Program-made: the position numbers and the translations under genes
Assembly: GCA_046758965.1 (NCBI GenBank)
Contig: JBHIBG010000022.1
Location: forward strand, 1-34,902
Source of the DNA: Candidatus Methylomirabilia bacterium
GTDB taxonomy: Bacteria > Methylomirabilota > Methylomirabilia > Rokubacteriales > CSP1-6
Direction of reading: 5' to 3'
Length of the DNA: 34,902 nt
Shown: piece after piece, positions 26,841 through 34,902 of the stretch
Layout: each line of letters opens with the position of its first letter
Position numbering within the stretch: position 1 is the stretch's first letter
The notes under the pieces: generated by a model
Databases searched by the model: none
What the model was told of the DNA's origin: nothing
Seen by the model: the letters and a program-made list of their open reading frames with translations, nothing else

Positions 26841-28081
26841 TCCTGGAGGGCATGGCCCTCCAGCGCGGCCTAGCCGGCTTCTCGCCGCAGGTTCCTTCCG
26901 TGGTGGCACGCTCGTTCGTACGCGCTATCGTCCATGTGGACATGGACGCGTTTTACGCGTCTGTGGAGCAGCGCGACCGACCCGAGCTCCGCGGTCGACC
27001 CGTCATCGTGGGCGCCGACCCGGGGGGGCGGGGGGTCGTCGCTGCGGCCTCCTACGAAGCCCGACGCTTCGGCGTCCACTCCGCCATGGCCATCTCCCGT
27101 GCAGCCCGCCTTTGCCCCGATGCCGCCTTCCTCCCCGTCGACATGGAGAAGTACCTTCGCGTCTCCGCGGAGATCATGGCCATCCTGGCAGAGTACTCCC
27201 CGCTGGTGGAGCCCGTTTCAGTGGACGAGGCGTTCGTGGATATCACCGGCACGGAACGGCTCTTCGGCGGAGTCGTCGAGGTCGCTCGGACGATCAAGCA
27301 GCGCACCCGGGAGGAGGTAGAGCTCACGGCCTCCGCGGGGGTGGCCCCCAACAAGTTTCTGGCCAAGCTTGCCTCGGACCTCCGGAAGCCAGACGGTCTG
27401 GTGGAGGTCCGGCCAGGCGAGGAGGCGGCGTTCCTCCGGGACCTTCCGGTGGAGCGACTGTGGGGGGTCGGGAAGATGACCGCGGGAGAGCTGAGGCGGA
27501 TGGGAATCCAGACTATCGGCCAGCTCGCTCGGGTCCCGGTGAGCCTGCTCCAGCACCGGTTCGGCAAGCCGGGCGCCCTCCTCCATGAGCTGGCCCTCGG
27601 GAAGGATGATCGTCCCGTGCAGCCCGCTACACCGCCCAAGTCCATGGGAGCCGAGGAGACCTTCCCTGAGGACCACCGGGATCTGGAGCGGCTCCACCAG
27701 ACCCTTCGAGCCCAGGCCGAGCGCGTCGCCCGAGAGTTGAGGGAGGAGGGATACGTCGGAGGCACGGTCACGGTCAAGCTCCGCTTTGCTGATTTTCGCA
27801 CCATCACGCGGAGCCGCACGGGCGAGCGCACTCAGGACGGGCTCGAGATTTTCCGGCGATCGCGAACCCTTCTCTCCCAGACAGCCCTCCTCCAGCCGGT
27901 TCGCCTCATCGGCGTGTCGGTCTCCGGGCTCTCCCGGCCGGAGGCGGGGCAGCTCAGCCTCTTCCAGGACGCGGCTTCCCGGCGCGCCCGATTGGTTCGG
28001 GCCGTAGACCGCCTGGCCCGGCGCTTCGGGGAGCGTGCCGTAGTCCCGGCGAGCTTGCTCCGGCGTCGTGGAAGGCCCTGA
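26837..28081 (+). CDS. dinB: DNA polymerase IV (Y family)
   Basis: HVDMDAFYASVE, SYEARRFGV, SVDEAF, NKFLAKLASD, LWGVG, VRLIGV; start uncertain (26837, 26852 or later). Confidence 0.95.
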   Translation: MILEGMALQRGLAGFSPQVPSVVARSFVRAIVHVDMDAFYASVEQRDRPELRGRPVIVGADPGGRGVVAAASYEARRFGVHSAMAISRAARLCPDAAFLPVDMEKYLRVSAEIMAILAEYSPLVEPVSVDEAFVDITGTERLFGGVVEVARTIKQRTREEVELTASAGVAPNKFLAKLASDLRKPDGLVEVRPGEEAAFLRDLPVERLWGVGKMTAGELRRMGIQTIGQLARVPVSLLQHRFGKPGALLHELALGKDDRPVQPATPPKSMGAEETFPEDHRDLERLHQTLRAQAERVARELREEGYVGGTVTVKLRFADFRTITRSRTGERTQDGLEIFRRSRTLLSQTALLQPVRLIGVSVSGLSRPEAGQLSLFQDAASRRARLVRAVDRLARRFGERAVVPASLLRRRGRP

Positions 28082-28101
28082 ATTTGGGGGTGTTCTTCGC
28101 A

Positions 28102-28136
28102 TTGACAGGGCAGAATGCGCGAGCTATAATCTGCCC
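28102..28136 (+). promoter_or_regulatory. Consensus sigma70 promoter with overlapping inverted repeat
   Basis: TTGACA-17 nt-TATAAT (28102-28130); GGGCAGA (28108-14) / TCTGCCC (28130-36). Confidence 0.85.
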
Positions 28137-28278
28137 GCTTTGACTGAGGGATCATTCGGACAGGGAGGTACTTGTTCATCGTACCGGAGGGGGAAGCAAG
28201 GTGTCCGGATCAGGCGTGGGGCAGGCTTCCGAGCCCTCGTTGACCATACGGATGGTCGCCGAGGGCTTGTCTTTTTTT
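28137..28278 (+). ncRNA. Candidate small RNA or attenuator leader
   Basis: About 140 nt between a consensus promoter and a terminator; nested stems and 7 GGA motifs; no family recognised. Confidence 0.45.
28231..28278 (+). terminator. Intrinsic terminator upstream of livK
   Basis: GAGCCCTCG..GACCAT-ACGG-ATGGTC..CGAGGGCTT, then GTC and T7. Confidence 0.7.
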
Positions 28279-28364
28279 GGCGAGGCTTCCCGCGCGTGTT
28301 CGCTAAACGACAGCGGGCTCACAGGGCGGGGAATCCGAGCCCGGAGTGAGTCAAGGAGGGAGAG

Positions 28365-29636
28365 ATGAGTATGGTCAAGTCCACCATCCTCTTGGTCACT
28401 GCGGTAGGAATGCTGAGTTTCCATGGTGCTGCGTTCGCACCCGCCGCGTCAGCAGCCGAGACAATCAAACTCGGCCTGATCGAGCCGTTCTCCGGTCCGG
28501 TCGCGGCAGTCGGCCGCGACACGCTGGAAGGGTATGAGTTTCAGGCCGATCGGATCAACAGGCGCGGGGGGGTGCTGGGCGGACGCATGATCGAGATCGT
28601 GCCGCTTGACAACGCCATGTCCGCAGAGAAGACGACCCAGCAGCTGAAGAAGGCGGTCGATCTCGGGCTCAGGTATATCAGCCAGGGGGTCGGCTCCAAC
28701 CACGCGCTCAACATCATCAAGTTCCTGGGCAAGCACAACAAGCGCAACCCGGACAAGGCGATCCTGTACTTCAACCACTCGGCGGTGACCACCGCGTTCA
28801 CCAATGAGCTGTGCTCGTTCTGGCATTTCCGTTTCGACGCCAACGTCGATATGAAAGTGGCCGCGCTGGTCACCCAGATCAACCGCGACCCCAACGTCAA
28901 GAAAGTCTACATGCTCAACCAGAACTATGCCTACGGCAAGTCGTTTCAAGCCGCGGCGCGGAGGTTGCTCAAAGAGCGTGCCAAGCAAGTCGAGCTGGTC
29001 GGCGACGAGCTGATCGTGCCGTTCGGCAAGGTGCAGGATTTCACCCCCTATATCGCCAAGATCAAGGCATCCGGCGCCGACACGATTCTGACCGGCAACT
29101 GGGGTGCCGATATTGTCCGCTTCGTCAAGGCGGCCGAGGGCGCGGGGCTCGGGGTGCCGTTCTACACGATTTACGGCGGGCTGACCAGTTCCATCGCCGG
29201 CTATGGCGCGGACGCGAAGACGGTCAACCTCAAGCAGGTGACCGAGATGCACAGCAACATGGAGTTGCCCAGAGACTTGGTCGAACAGATGGATGCGTTT
29301 CTCGCGAAATACAAGGACGAGTGGTATGCGGACCGCTTGCGGTGGCTGTTCGAGATGTGGGCTGCGGCGCTCGACAAGGCCGGTACCGACGATCCGGTAG
29401 CGGTGGGCAAGGCACTGGAGGGAATGACCTTTCAGGGCCCCATCGAAAAGGTTCGGATGCGGGGCGATGACCATCAGATTCAGTTCCCGATGGTGATCAG
29501 CAGCCTGACTACCACGTACAAGAGGCCGGTCATCTATGCTGGCCGCGACTTCGGGGTGGCCTTCCGCACCGACGGCATCGCTTCGCGTGAGGAGCTGACC
29601 CTGCCGACGACGTGCAAGATGAAGCGCCCGCGCTAG
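28365..29636 (+). CDS. livK: Branched-chain amino acid-type (HAAT) ABC substrate-binding protein
   Basis: Signal peptide, ETIKLGLIEPFSGP, INRRGGVLGG, CSFWHFRFDA, DFTPYIAKIKASGAD; true ligand unknown. Confidence 0.88.
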   Translation: MSMVKSTILLVTAVGMLSFHGAAFAPAASAAETIKLGLIEPFSGPVAAVGRDTLEGYEFQADRINRRGGVLGGRMIEIVPLDNAMSAEKTTQQLKKAVDLGLRYISQGVGSNHALNIIKFLGKHNKRNPDKAILYFNHSAVTTAFTNELCSFWHFRFDANVDMKVAALVTQINRDPNVKKVYMLNQNYAYGKSFQAAARRLLKERAKQVELVGDELIVPFGKVQDFTPYIAKIKASGADTILTGNWGADIVRFVKAAEGAGLGVPFYTIYGGLTSSIAGYGADAKTVNLKQVTEMHSNMELPRDLVEQMDAFLAKYKDEWYADRLRWLFEMWAAALDKAGTDDPVAVGKALEGMTFQGPIEKVRMRGDDHQIQFPMVISSLTTTYKRPVIYAGRDFGVAFRTDGIASREELTLPTTCKMKRPR

Positions 29637-29654
29637 GCAAGCGAGCAGGGGTGA

Positions 29655-29689
29655 TGGCGGCCCTCCGTCGAAACGGCGGCGGGCCGCCA
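29655..29689 (+). other. GC-rich intergenic hairpin after livK
   Basis: TGGCGGCCC..GGGCCGCCA with inner CCGTCG-AAA-CGGCGG; no U tract. Confidence 0.55.
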
Positions 29690-29721
29690 CCTTGGGTCGT
29701 GGGCAAGTCTCAGTCAGTCGT

Positions 29722-29772
29722 CCCCTCTCACCGTTGTCCTCTCCCCCATTGGGGGAGAGGGTGGTGAGGGGG
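29722..29772. repeat. REP-like extragenic palindrome
   Basis: CCCCTCTCACC..CCTCTCCCC-CATTG-GGGGAGAGG..GGTGAGGGG. Confidence 0.6.
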
Positions 29773-29839
29773 AAATACTCTGGTGATGTCGTGAGCTGAC
29801 GCTGGTCCATAACCGGCGTCGACCGCCCGAGGGGAAACC

Positions 29840-30787
29840 TTGGAGGTTCTAGTCTTCTCGCTGTTCAACGGCATTCTCTACGGCATGCTCCTGTTCATGC
29901 TTGCCAGTGGGCTGACCCTCATCTTCAGCATGATGGGCGTGTTGAACTTCGCGCATGCCAGCTTCTTTATGCTCGGCGCGTATTTCGCGTACCAGGTCAG
30001 CCAGCACGTCGGATTCTGGCCTGGCTTGGTGGTGGCGCCGCTCATTGTGGGCCTAGTGGGCGCCCTCGTCGAACGCTATGGGTTGCGGCCAGTGCACAAG
30101 TTCGGGCACGTTGCCGAGCTTCTGTTCACCTTCGGCATGGCCTTCGTCATCGAGGAGGTGGTTCAGATGATCTGGGGCAAGGCGCCGGTCCCCTACGACG
30201 TCCCCAGCTCCCTTAACTTCGCGGCTTTTGCCTGGCGTGGCCTCGATTATTCGATGTACCGCGTCTTCATGCTGGTTATTTCGGTGGCCATCTTTGTCGG
30301 GTTGTTCGCATTGCTGACACGCACCCGTATCGGCTTGATCATTCAGGCATCTCTGTCCTATCCGGCTATGGTGGCGTCGTTGGGCCACGACGTGCCGAAG
30401 ATCTTCATGTGGACGTTCGGCTTCGGGTGCGCACTGGCCGGCATCGCCGGGGTGATCGGCGGCAACGTTCTGGGAACTGAACCGGCCATGGCGATCCAAC
30501 TGGGGCCGATCGTCTTCGTGGTCATCGTGATCGGCGGCCTGGGTTCTCTGGCCGGCGCGCTCATCGCGTCGCTGTTCATCGGCATCGTGGACAACCTCGC
30601 CATATCCTATGACATCTCGTTCTATCCGCTTTTCGCTATCATGGGATATGAGCGCGAGGTTCGAGGCATCATGCAGGATATCGTCAATCTTACGACGGGG
30701 GGCATTGCGCCGGTCCTGCCATATCTGCTGTTGGTCCTGGTGTTGATCCTACGTCCCCGGGGATTGTTCGGAACGCGAGACGTATGA
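29840..30787 (+). CDS. livH: HAAT ABC permease
   Basis: NGILYG..ASGLTLIFSMMGVLNFAH, LTRTRIG, VIGGLGSLAG, LRPRGLFG. Confidence 0.92.
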   Translation: MEVLVFSLFNGILYGMLLFMLASGLTLIFSMMGVLNFAHASFFMLGAYFAYQVSQHVGFWPGLVVAPLIVGLVGALVERYGLRPVHKFGHVAELLFTFGMAFVIEEVVQMIWGKAPVPYDVPSSLNFAAFAWRGLDYSMYRVFMLVISVAIFVGLFALLTRTRIGLIIQASLSYPAMVASLGHDVPKIFMWTFGFGCALAGIAGVIGGNVLGTEPAMAIQLGPIVFVVIVIGGLGSLAGALIASLFIGIVDNLAISYDISFYPLFAIMGYEREVRGIMQDIVNLTTGGIAPVLPYLLLVLVLILRPRGLFGTRDV

Positions 30788-32052
30788 TGGCCGGTCCGCT
30801 CAGAAAGCTCTGGTTATGGATCGTTGCTGTGGCGACCTTCTTGGTGGCCCCTTGGGTGTTCTCTTCGGGGTTCGCGCTCACGATCATGAGTCAGATGGGT
30901 GTCCTCATCATCTTCGCGCTGGCCTACAACATGCTGCTCGGCCAGGGCGGCATGCTCTCGTTCGGACATGCGATCTATTTCGGGCTTGCCGGTTACTTCA
31001 CGATCCATTTTCTGAACGGGATTGGGGCCGATCAGCTCCCCTACTTCCCGGTGAGCCTCACGCCCCTCTTGGGCGGCGTGGTTGGTCTGTTCTTCGGCGT
31101 GCTGATCGGCTTTGTGTCAACGCGGCGCGCCGGCACGATCTTTGCCATGATTTCCCTCGGCTTCGGCGAAATGGTGACGGCCCTGACCCTGATACTGATC
31201 GTCTTCTTCAACGGCGAAGAGGGGATTCAAACGGATCGCGTGGTTGGGCCGGAACCCTTCGGTATCAGCTATGGTCCCGATATCCAGGTGTATTACTTGA
31301 TTGCCGCCTGGTGCCTGATCGCGATGATCGCGATGTACGCGCTGACCCGCACCCCGTTCGGACGCGTGTCCAACGCAGTGCGAGACAATCCGGAGCGGGT
31401 CCAGTTTGTGGGATACAACACGCAGCGGGTACGCTGGTTGGCCTTCTCGCTGTCGTCGTTTTTCGCCGGCCTCGCAGGGGCCTTGCACGCCCTCAATCTG
31501 GAGCATGTCGGCTTCGAAACCGTTAGCATCGGGCAATCCGGGCTGGTCCTGTTCATGGTCTATATCGGCGGGGTGCGTCATTTCATCGGGCCCGTCCTGG
31601 GCGCGGTGCTGATTACCTTCCTGAACGGCTATTTGAGCGACCTGACCGAGGCGTGGTTCCTCTATCTCGGCCTCATGTTCGTCACCATCGTAATTTTCGC
31701 GCCTGGCGGCCTCGCCGGGTTGATCATGATGCACGAGCCGATCTGGAAAGCCGACTATCGACTGTTGGGCAGGCTCGTTGTGCCGTACGCGACTGCGGTC
31801 GCCACGACCATAGTCGGACTGATAGGCGTGATCGGGCTCATTGAAATGGTCTACTTCCTCAGCACCCACATTACTGGCGAAACCGCGTTCAGCCTCTATG
31901 GCATCGCCGTCGATACGGGCAGCCTGCTCCCTTGGCTTGTGTGTGCAGTCATCGGCGGCGTGGGTATCGTGGCCTGCCGCGCCACCTATCCGCGGATGGC
32001 AACAAGCTGGAATGCGGCGATCGGTGAGGTTACGGCGAGGATTGCGCGATGA
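30784..32052 (+). CDS. livM: HAAT ABC permease
   Basis: NMLLGQGGMLSFGH, TPFGRV..VRDNPER, IGG..FIGPVLG, APGGLAG. Confidence 0.92.
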   Translation: MMAGPLRKLWLWIVAVATFLVAPWVFSSGFALTIMSQMGVLIIFALAYNMLLGQGGMLSFGHAIYFGLAGYFTIHFLNGIGADQLPYFPVSLTPLLGGVVGLFFGVLIGFVSTRRAGTIFAMISLGFGEMVTALTLILIVFFNGEEGIQTDRVVGPEPFGISYGPDIQVYYLIAAWCLIAMIAMYALTRTPFGRVSNAVRDNPERVQFVGYNTQRVRWLAFSLSSFFAGLAGALHALNLEHVGFETVSIGQSGLVLFMVYIGGVRHFIGPVLGAVLITFLNGYLSDLTEAWFLYLGLMFVTIVIFAPGGLAGLIMMHEPIWKADYRLLGRLVVPYATAVATTIVGLIGVIGLIEMVYFLSTHITGETAFSLYGIAVDTGSLLPWLVCAVIGGVGIVACRATYPRMATSWNAAIGEVTARIAR

Positions 32053-32798
32053 GGCCGGCCATTGAGCTCGTCGGCGTGCGCAAGAACTTCGGTATGACTG
32101 AGATCATCCGCGGCGTCGATTGGGTGGTCGAGGAGGGCGAGCTTCACGCGATGATCGGCCCGAACGGCGGCGGCAAGTCGACGTTGTTCAATCTGATCAC
32201 GGGGAAATACGAGGTCACAGCGGGTCGCATCGCCTTGCGCGGCGAAGAGATCACCAATCGCACGCCGTATGAAATCAACCGTATGGGTTTGAGCCGGAGC
32301 TTTCAGGTGATCAATATTTTCCCTCGCATGTCCGTGTTCGAAAACGTGCGCTGCGGCATGTTGTGGGCCTTGGACTACCGGTACTCGTTCTGGCGTTTCG
32401 TGGATGGTCGCCGCGATCTCCGCGAACGCACAGAGATGATCCTCGAGCAGATCGGGATGACTCGGAAGCGGGACGTCCCGGCAGGACTCTTATCCTATGC
32501 GGATCAGCGGGCGCTCGAGCTGGGGATCACCATTGCCGGCGGCGCCAACGTCCTTCTCTTCGACGAACCGACATCGGGCATGAGCCGCAGTGAAACCGAG
32601 CAGACGGTGAGGCTGATTCGCAGGATCGCGCAAGGGAAGACGGTGATTATCGTGGAGCACGATATGAGCGTGGTGTTCGAGCTCGCGGATCGCATCTCGG
32701 TCTTGGTTTACGGCGAGATCATCGCGTGCGACAAGCCGGAGCAGATCCGGAATAACCGAGCGGTCCAGGAAGCCTATCTGGGGACTCAGGCGGCCTGA
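32049..32798 (+). CDS. livG: HAAT ABC ATP-binding protein
   Basis: GPNGGGKSTLFN, LSYADQR, FDEPTSG, VEHDM, VQEAYLG. Confidence 0.93.
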   Translation: MRPAIELVGVRKNFGMTEIIRGVDWVVEEGELHAMIGPNGGGKSTLFNLITGKYEVTAGRIALRGEEITNRTPYEINRMGLSRSFQVINIFPRMSVFENVRCGMLWALDYRYSFWRFVDGRRDLRERTEMILEQIGMTRKRDVPAGLLSYADQRALELGITIAGGANVLLFDEPTSGMSRSETEQTVRLIRRIAQGKTVIIVEHDMSVVFELADRISVLVYGEIIACDKPEQIRNNRAVQEAYLGTQAA

Positions 32799-32799
32799 C

Positions 32800-33495
32800 G
32801 TGCTAGAGGTTCGAGGCCTCCACGCCTATTACGGCAAGAGCCACATCCTGCAGGGCGTTTCTTTCGACGTGCGCGAAGGCGAAATCGTCAGCTTGTTGGG
32901 CCGCAATGGGGTGGGCCGCTCGACCACGCTCAAGGCGATCATGGGCGAGGTGGCGCCGCAGGGGTCCATCAAATTCAAGGGTGATGAGATTGTGGGGCTC
33001 AAAACCCATGAGATCGCCCACAAAGGCCTCGGTTATGTCCCCGAGAACCGGGATATCTTCCCGACCCTGACGGTGCGCCAAAATCTGATCCTGGGCGAGA
33101 AGAACAGCAGGGGTGGCGGCCGTTGGTCGATCGAAGACGCCTTCGAGCTCTTCCCGAACCTGCGCCAGCGCGCCGATTTCCAAGGCGGCGTGCTCTCGGG
33201 GGGCGAACAGCAGATGCTGACGATCTGTCGCACCTTGATGGGCGACCCGGACCTCATCATGATCGACGAACCAACCGAGGGACTCGCGCCCCAACTGGTC
33301 AAGCGGCTGAGTGAGCTGCTCGAGGAAATCGCCGGCCGCGGGGTGTCGATCCTGTTGGTCGAGCAAAAGCTGACCATTGCGCTCCGAATCTCGCAGCGCG
33401 TGTTCGTGATGGGCCACGGTCAGATCGTCTTTGAGGGCTCACCCGACGATCTGCGCGCGAACGAACAGGTGCGGAAAGAGTGGCTTGAGGTCTGA
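32800..33495 (+). CDS. livF: HAAT ABC ATP-binding protein
   Basis: GRNGVGRST, LSGGEQQML, IDEPTEGLAP, LLVEQ. Confidence 0.93.
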   Translation: MLEVRGLHAYYGKSHILQGVSFDVREGEIVSLLGRNGVGRSTTLKAIMGEVAPQGSIKFKGDEIVGLKTHEIAHKGLGYVPENRDIFPTLTVRQNLILGEKNSRGGGRWSIEDAFELFPNLRQRADFQGGVLSGGEQQMLTICRTLMGDPDLIMIDEPTEGLAPQLVKRLSELLEEIAGRGVSILLVEQKLTIALRISQRVFVMGHGQIVFEGSPDDLRANEQVRKEWLEV

Positions 33496-33672
33496 GCGAG
33501 TCGGGGCAGGAGCCTTGACCGACAGGGCCTACCGGTACTCCAGAGGACGGCGGTCACAATCAACCGAGCGCGGCTGACATCCACCCGATCGAGCAGGCGC
33601 CGCTCGCCAACTTCGATCACTCCTTCTGCCCTCGTGCCGACTCGGCGCGGACAGCCGTTCGAGAAGCGCGCA

Positions 33673-33701
33673 TTGCCTTAGGGGGGGTTCTCAGCTAAAC
33701 T
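33673..33701 (+). promoter_or_regulatory. Putative sigma70 promoter of the ferritin-like pair
   Basis: TTGCCT-17 nt-TAAACT, then GGAGG RBS before ATG 33738. Confidence 0.5.
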
Positions 33702-33737
33702 TCCTGGATACCGATTCAGTAGCGGCTGGAGGGAGCC

Positions 33738-34493
33738 ATGGATCGTCCCATCGCCTATGACAAGCTCGCCCGAGAGGACCGCTTTGTGCGGATGCGGGCG
33801 CGCAGGGTAGGTGAGGTCAGGGTGGAGCAGGGCCTCTCTCCATTCCCTGAGCTGTCGAGTCAGGAGTCGATCAGGGAGCGTGTTCACGGCATCCTGGTGG
33901 GAAAGCTGCAGGCCATGGAGGGCGCCGGCCGCACCGTCTACGACTTCCCCGATGCCCCTTGGGGTTTCGCCATGGACATGGCCCGCCAGGCGTGGGACGA
34001 GTCTCGCCATGTCGAGATCTATATTCATCTTGTCGAGCACCTCGGCGGCTACGTGGGTGAGTTCCCCGAGACCACGATCCTCTGGCGCTGCGCCTGCGCC
34101 GAAGATGCGGCGGCTGGGGTGACGGGAGTGAACCGGGGGCTGGAGGGGTTGGCCTGCGACCTCTTCAACCAGCTGATCCACATCGCCCAGAAGATCGGCG
34201 ATCCGATCCTGGATGATGCGGTGGACTTCGTGCTGGCCGACGAGATCACCCACGTGCGCATGGGCTCCAGATGGCTGAGTGAGCTGACGAAGGGCGATCC
34301 CGAACGGCGCCGCCGGGCCATGGAGTTCCAGGAGGCGATCGACGAGCGCTTCAACCTGGGTGGGATGCGGCGCGAGGGCGAGCACGAGGAGGTGCCGATC
34401 TCGATCGCCACCGAGGCCCGGAAGCTCGCCGGCTTCACCGATGAGGAGATCACCCGCCTGATCAAGACGGCCCAGCGGTCGCCGGTCTACTGA
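33738..34493 (+). CDS. Ferritin-like (DUF455-like) diiron-carboxylate fold protein
   Basis: ARQAWDESRH, GLEG, LADEITHVRMG: two ExxH motifs 81 aa apart. Confidence 0.82.
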   Translation: MDRPIAYDKLAREDRFVRMRARRVGEVRVEQGLSPFPELSSQESIRERVHGILVGKLQAMEGAGRTVYDFPDAPWGFAMDMARQAWDESRHVEIYIHLVEHLGGYVGEFPETTILWRCACAEDAAAGVTGVNRGLEGLACDLFNQLIHIAQKIGDPILDDAVDFVLADEITHVRMGSRWLSELTKGDPERRRRAMEFQEAIDERFNLGGMRREGEHEEVPISIATEARKLAGFTDEEITRLIKTAQRSPVY

Positions 34494-34496
34494 GCC

Positions 34497-34902
34497 ATGG
34501 CGGCCCACCCTCTCGCCGGCTCCCTCTCGGTTGAGGAGTCGGCCAAGCTCATCCGCCATTATCGCTACGCGGAGGAGCGGATGATGCGGATCATGGGCGG
34601 CTGGATCGCTCTCACACCCGAGCTTTCCGCCAAGCTGCTGCTCGGTCGCCGCGTGTGGGAGTGCGCCCAGCACGCGGACCTCTGGGGGAAGCGGCTGCCT
34701 GAGCTCCGCGCCCCGGCCCAGGTGTCTGAGCCGCCGACCAGGCGAATTCTCGAGCGCACCGCCGAAGAGGAACGGGGCCACACCGCGGCTGGGCAGGCTG
34801 TCCTCTCGCACCTGCTTGAGGCGCGTGAGGCGGCTGAGGGGGCGCGGAGGTGGCGGGAGCGACTGGACGCTCTGCTCGTGGATGCAGGGGGTGTGACGGG
34901 GA
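34497..34902 (+). CDS. Second ferritin-like protein (runs off the right edge; possibly internally deleted)
   Basis: Hand translation open to the edge: MAAHPLAG..YRYAEERMMR..WECAQHAD..RLPELRAP..EPPTRRILERTAEEERGH..; starts 3 nt after the upstream stop. Confidence 0.7.
   Translation, partial: MAAHPLAGSLSVEESAKLIRHYRYAEERMMRIMGGWIALTPELSAKLLLGRRVWECAQHADLWGKRLPELRAPAQVSEPPTRRILERTAEEERGHTAAGQAVLSHLLEAREAAEGARRWRERLDALLVDAGGVTG

Noticed and set aside
28172..28243. Leader peptide MFIVPEGEARCPDQAWGRLPSPR as a branched-chain amino acid attenuator
   Set aside because: TTG start very close to the SD and no run of Leu/Ile/Val codons; not excluded but unsupported.
32890..32930. LivF Walker A GRNGVGRST (Arg for Lys) as inactivation
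   Set aside because: As I recall, GRST is a recurrent variant in this LivF subgroup, and the other ATPase motifs are intact.
33496..33670. Minus-strand fragment resembling an ABC ATPase N-terminus (VGERRLLDRVDVS)
   Set aside because: Too short, no Walker A follows; resemblance could be chance.

Overview
GC-rich bacterial chromosomal segment with no rRNA, tRNA, CRISPR array or intact mobile element that I can see. Gene content is loosely reminiscent of Rokubacteria/Methylomirabilota (inference only). Left to right: (1) a minus-strand STAND P-loop NTPase-TPR gene running off the left edge (missing from the ORF track), an LLM-class oxidoreductase and a FAAL-like ligase; (2) a divergent SenB/GLT1D1-like GT4 glycosyltransferase; (3) a sigma54-preceded MoxR/membrane protein/DUF58/BatA-triple-vWA/TPR operon; (4) gdhA, divergent from a complete isc operon (iscR-S-U-A-hscB-hscA-fdx-iscX); (5) a dsrEFH/tusDCB-like trio, divergent from a second desulfurase, an IscU-like gene, cysE, a small HTH gene and dinB; (6) a livKHMGF-type ABC transporter behind a consensus promoter and a structured, terminator-containing leader; (7) two ferritin-like genes. 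Main observation: the isc-operon IscS has lost the PLP Schiff-base Lys (to Met) and the PLP-stacking His (to Gln) but keeps its persulfide Cys. The neighbouring second desulfurase is intact but is paired with an IscU-like protein lacking the third, sulfur-accepting Cys, and a DsrEFH-like relay sits between them. This suggests a split, division-of-labour Fe-S/sulfur-delivery system.
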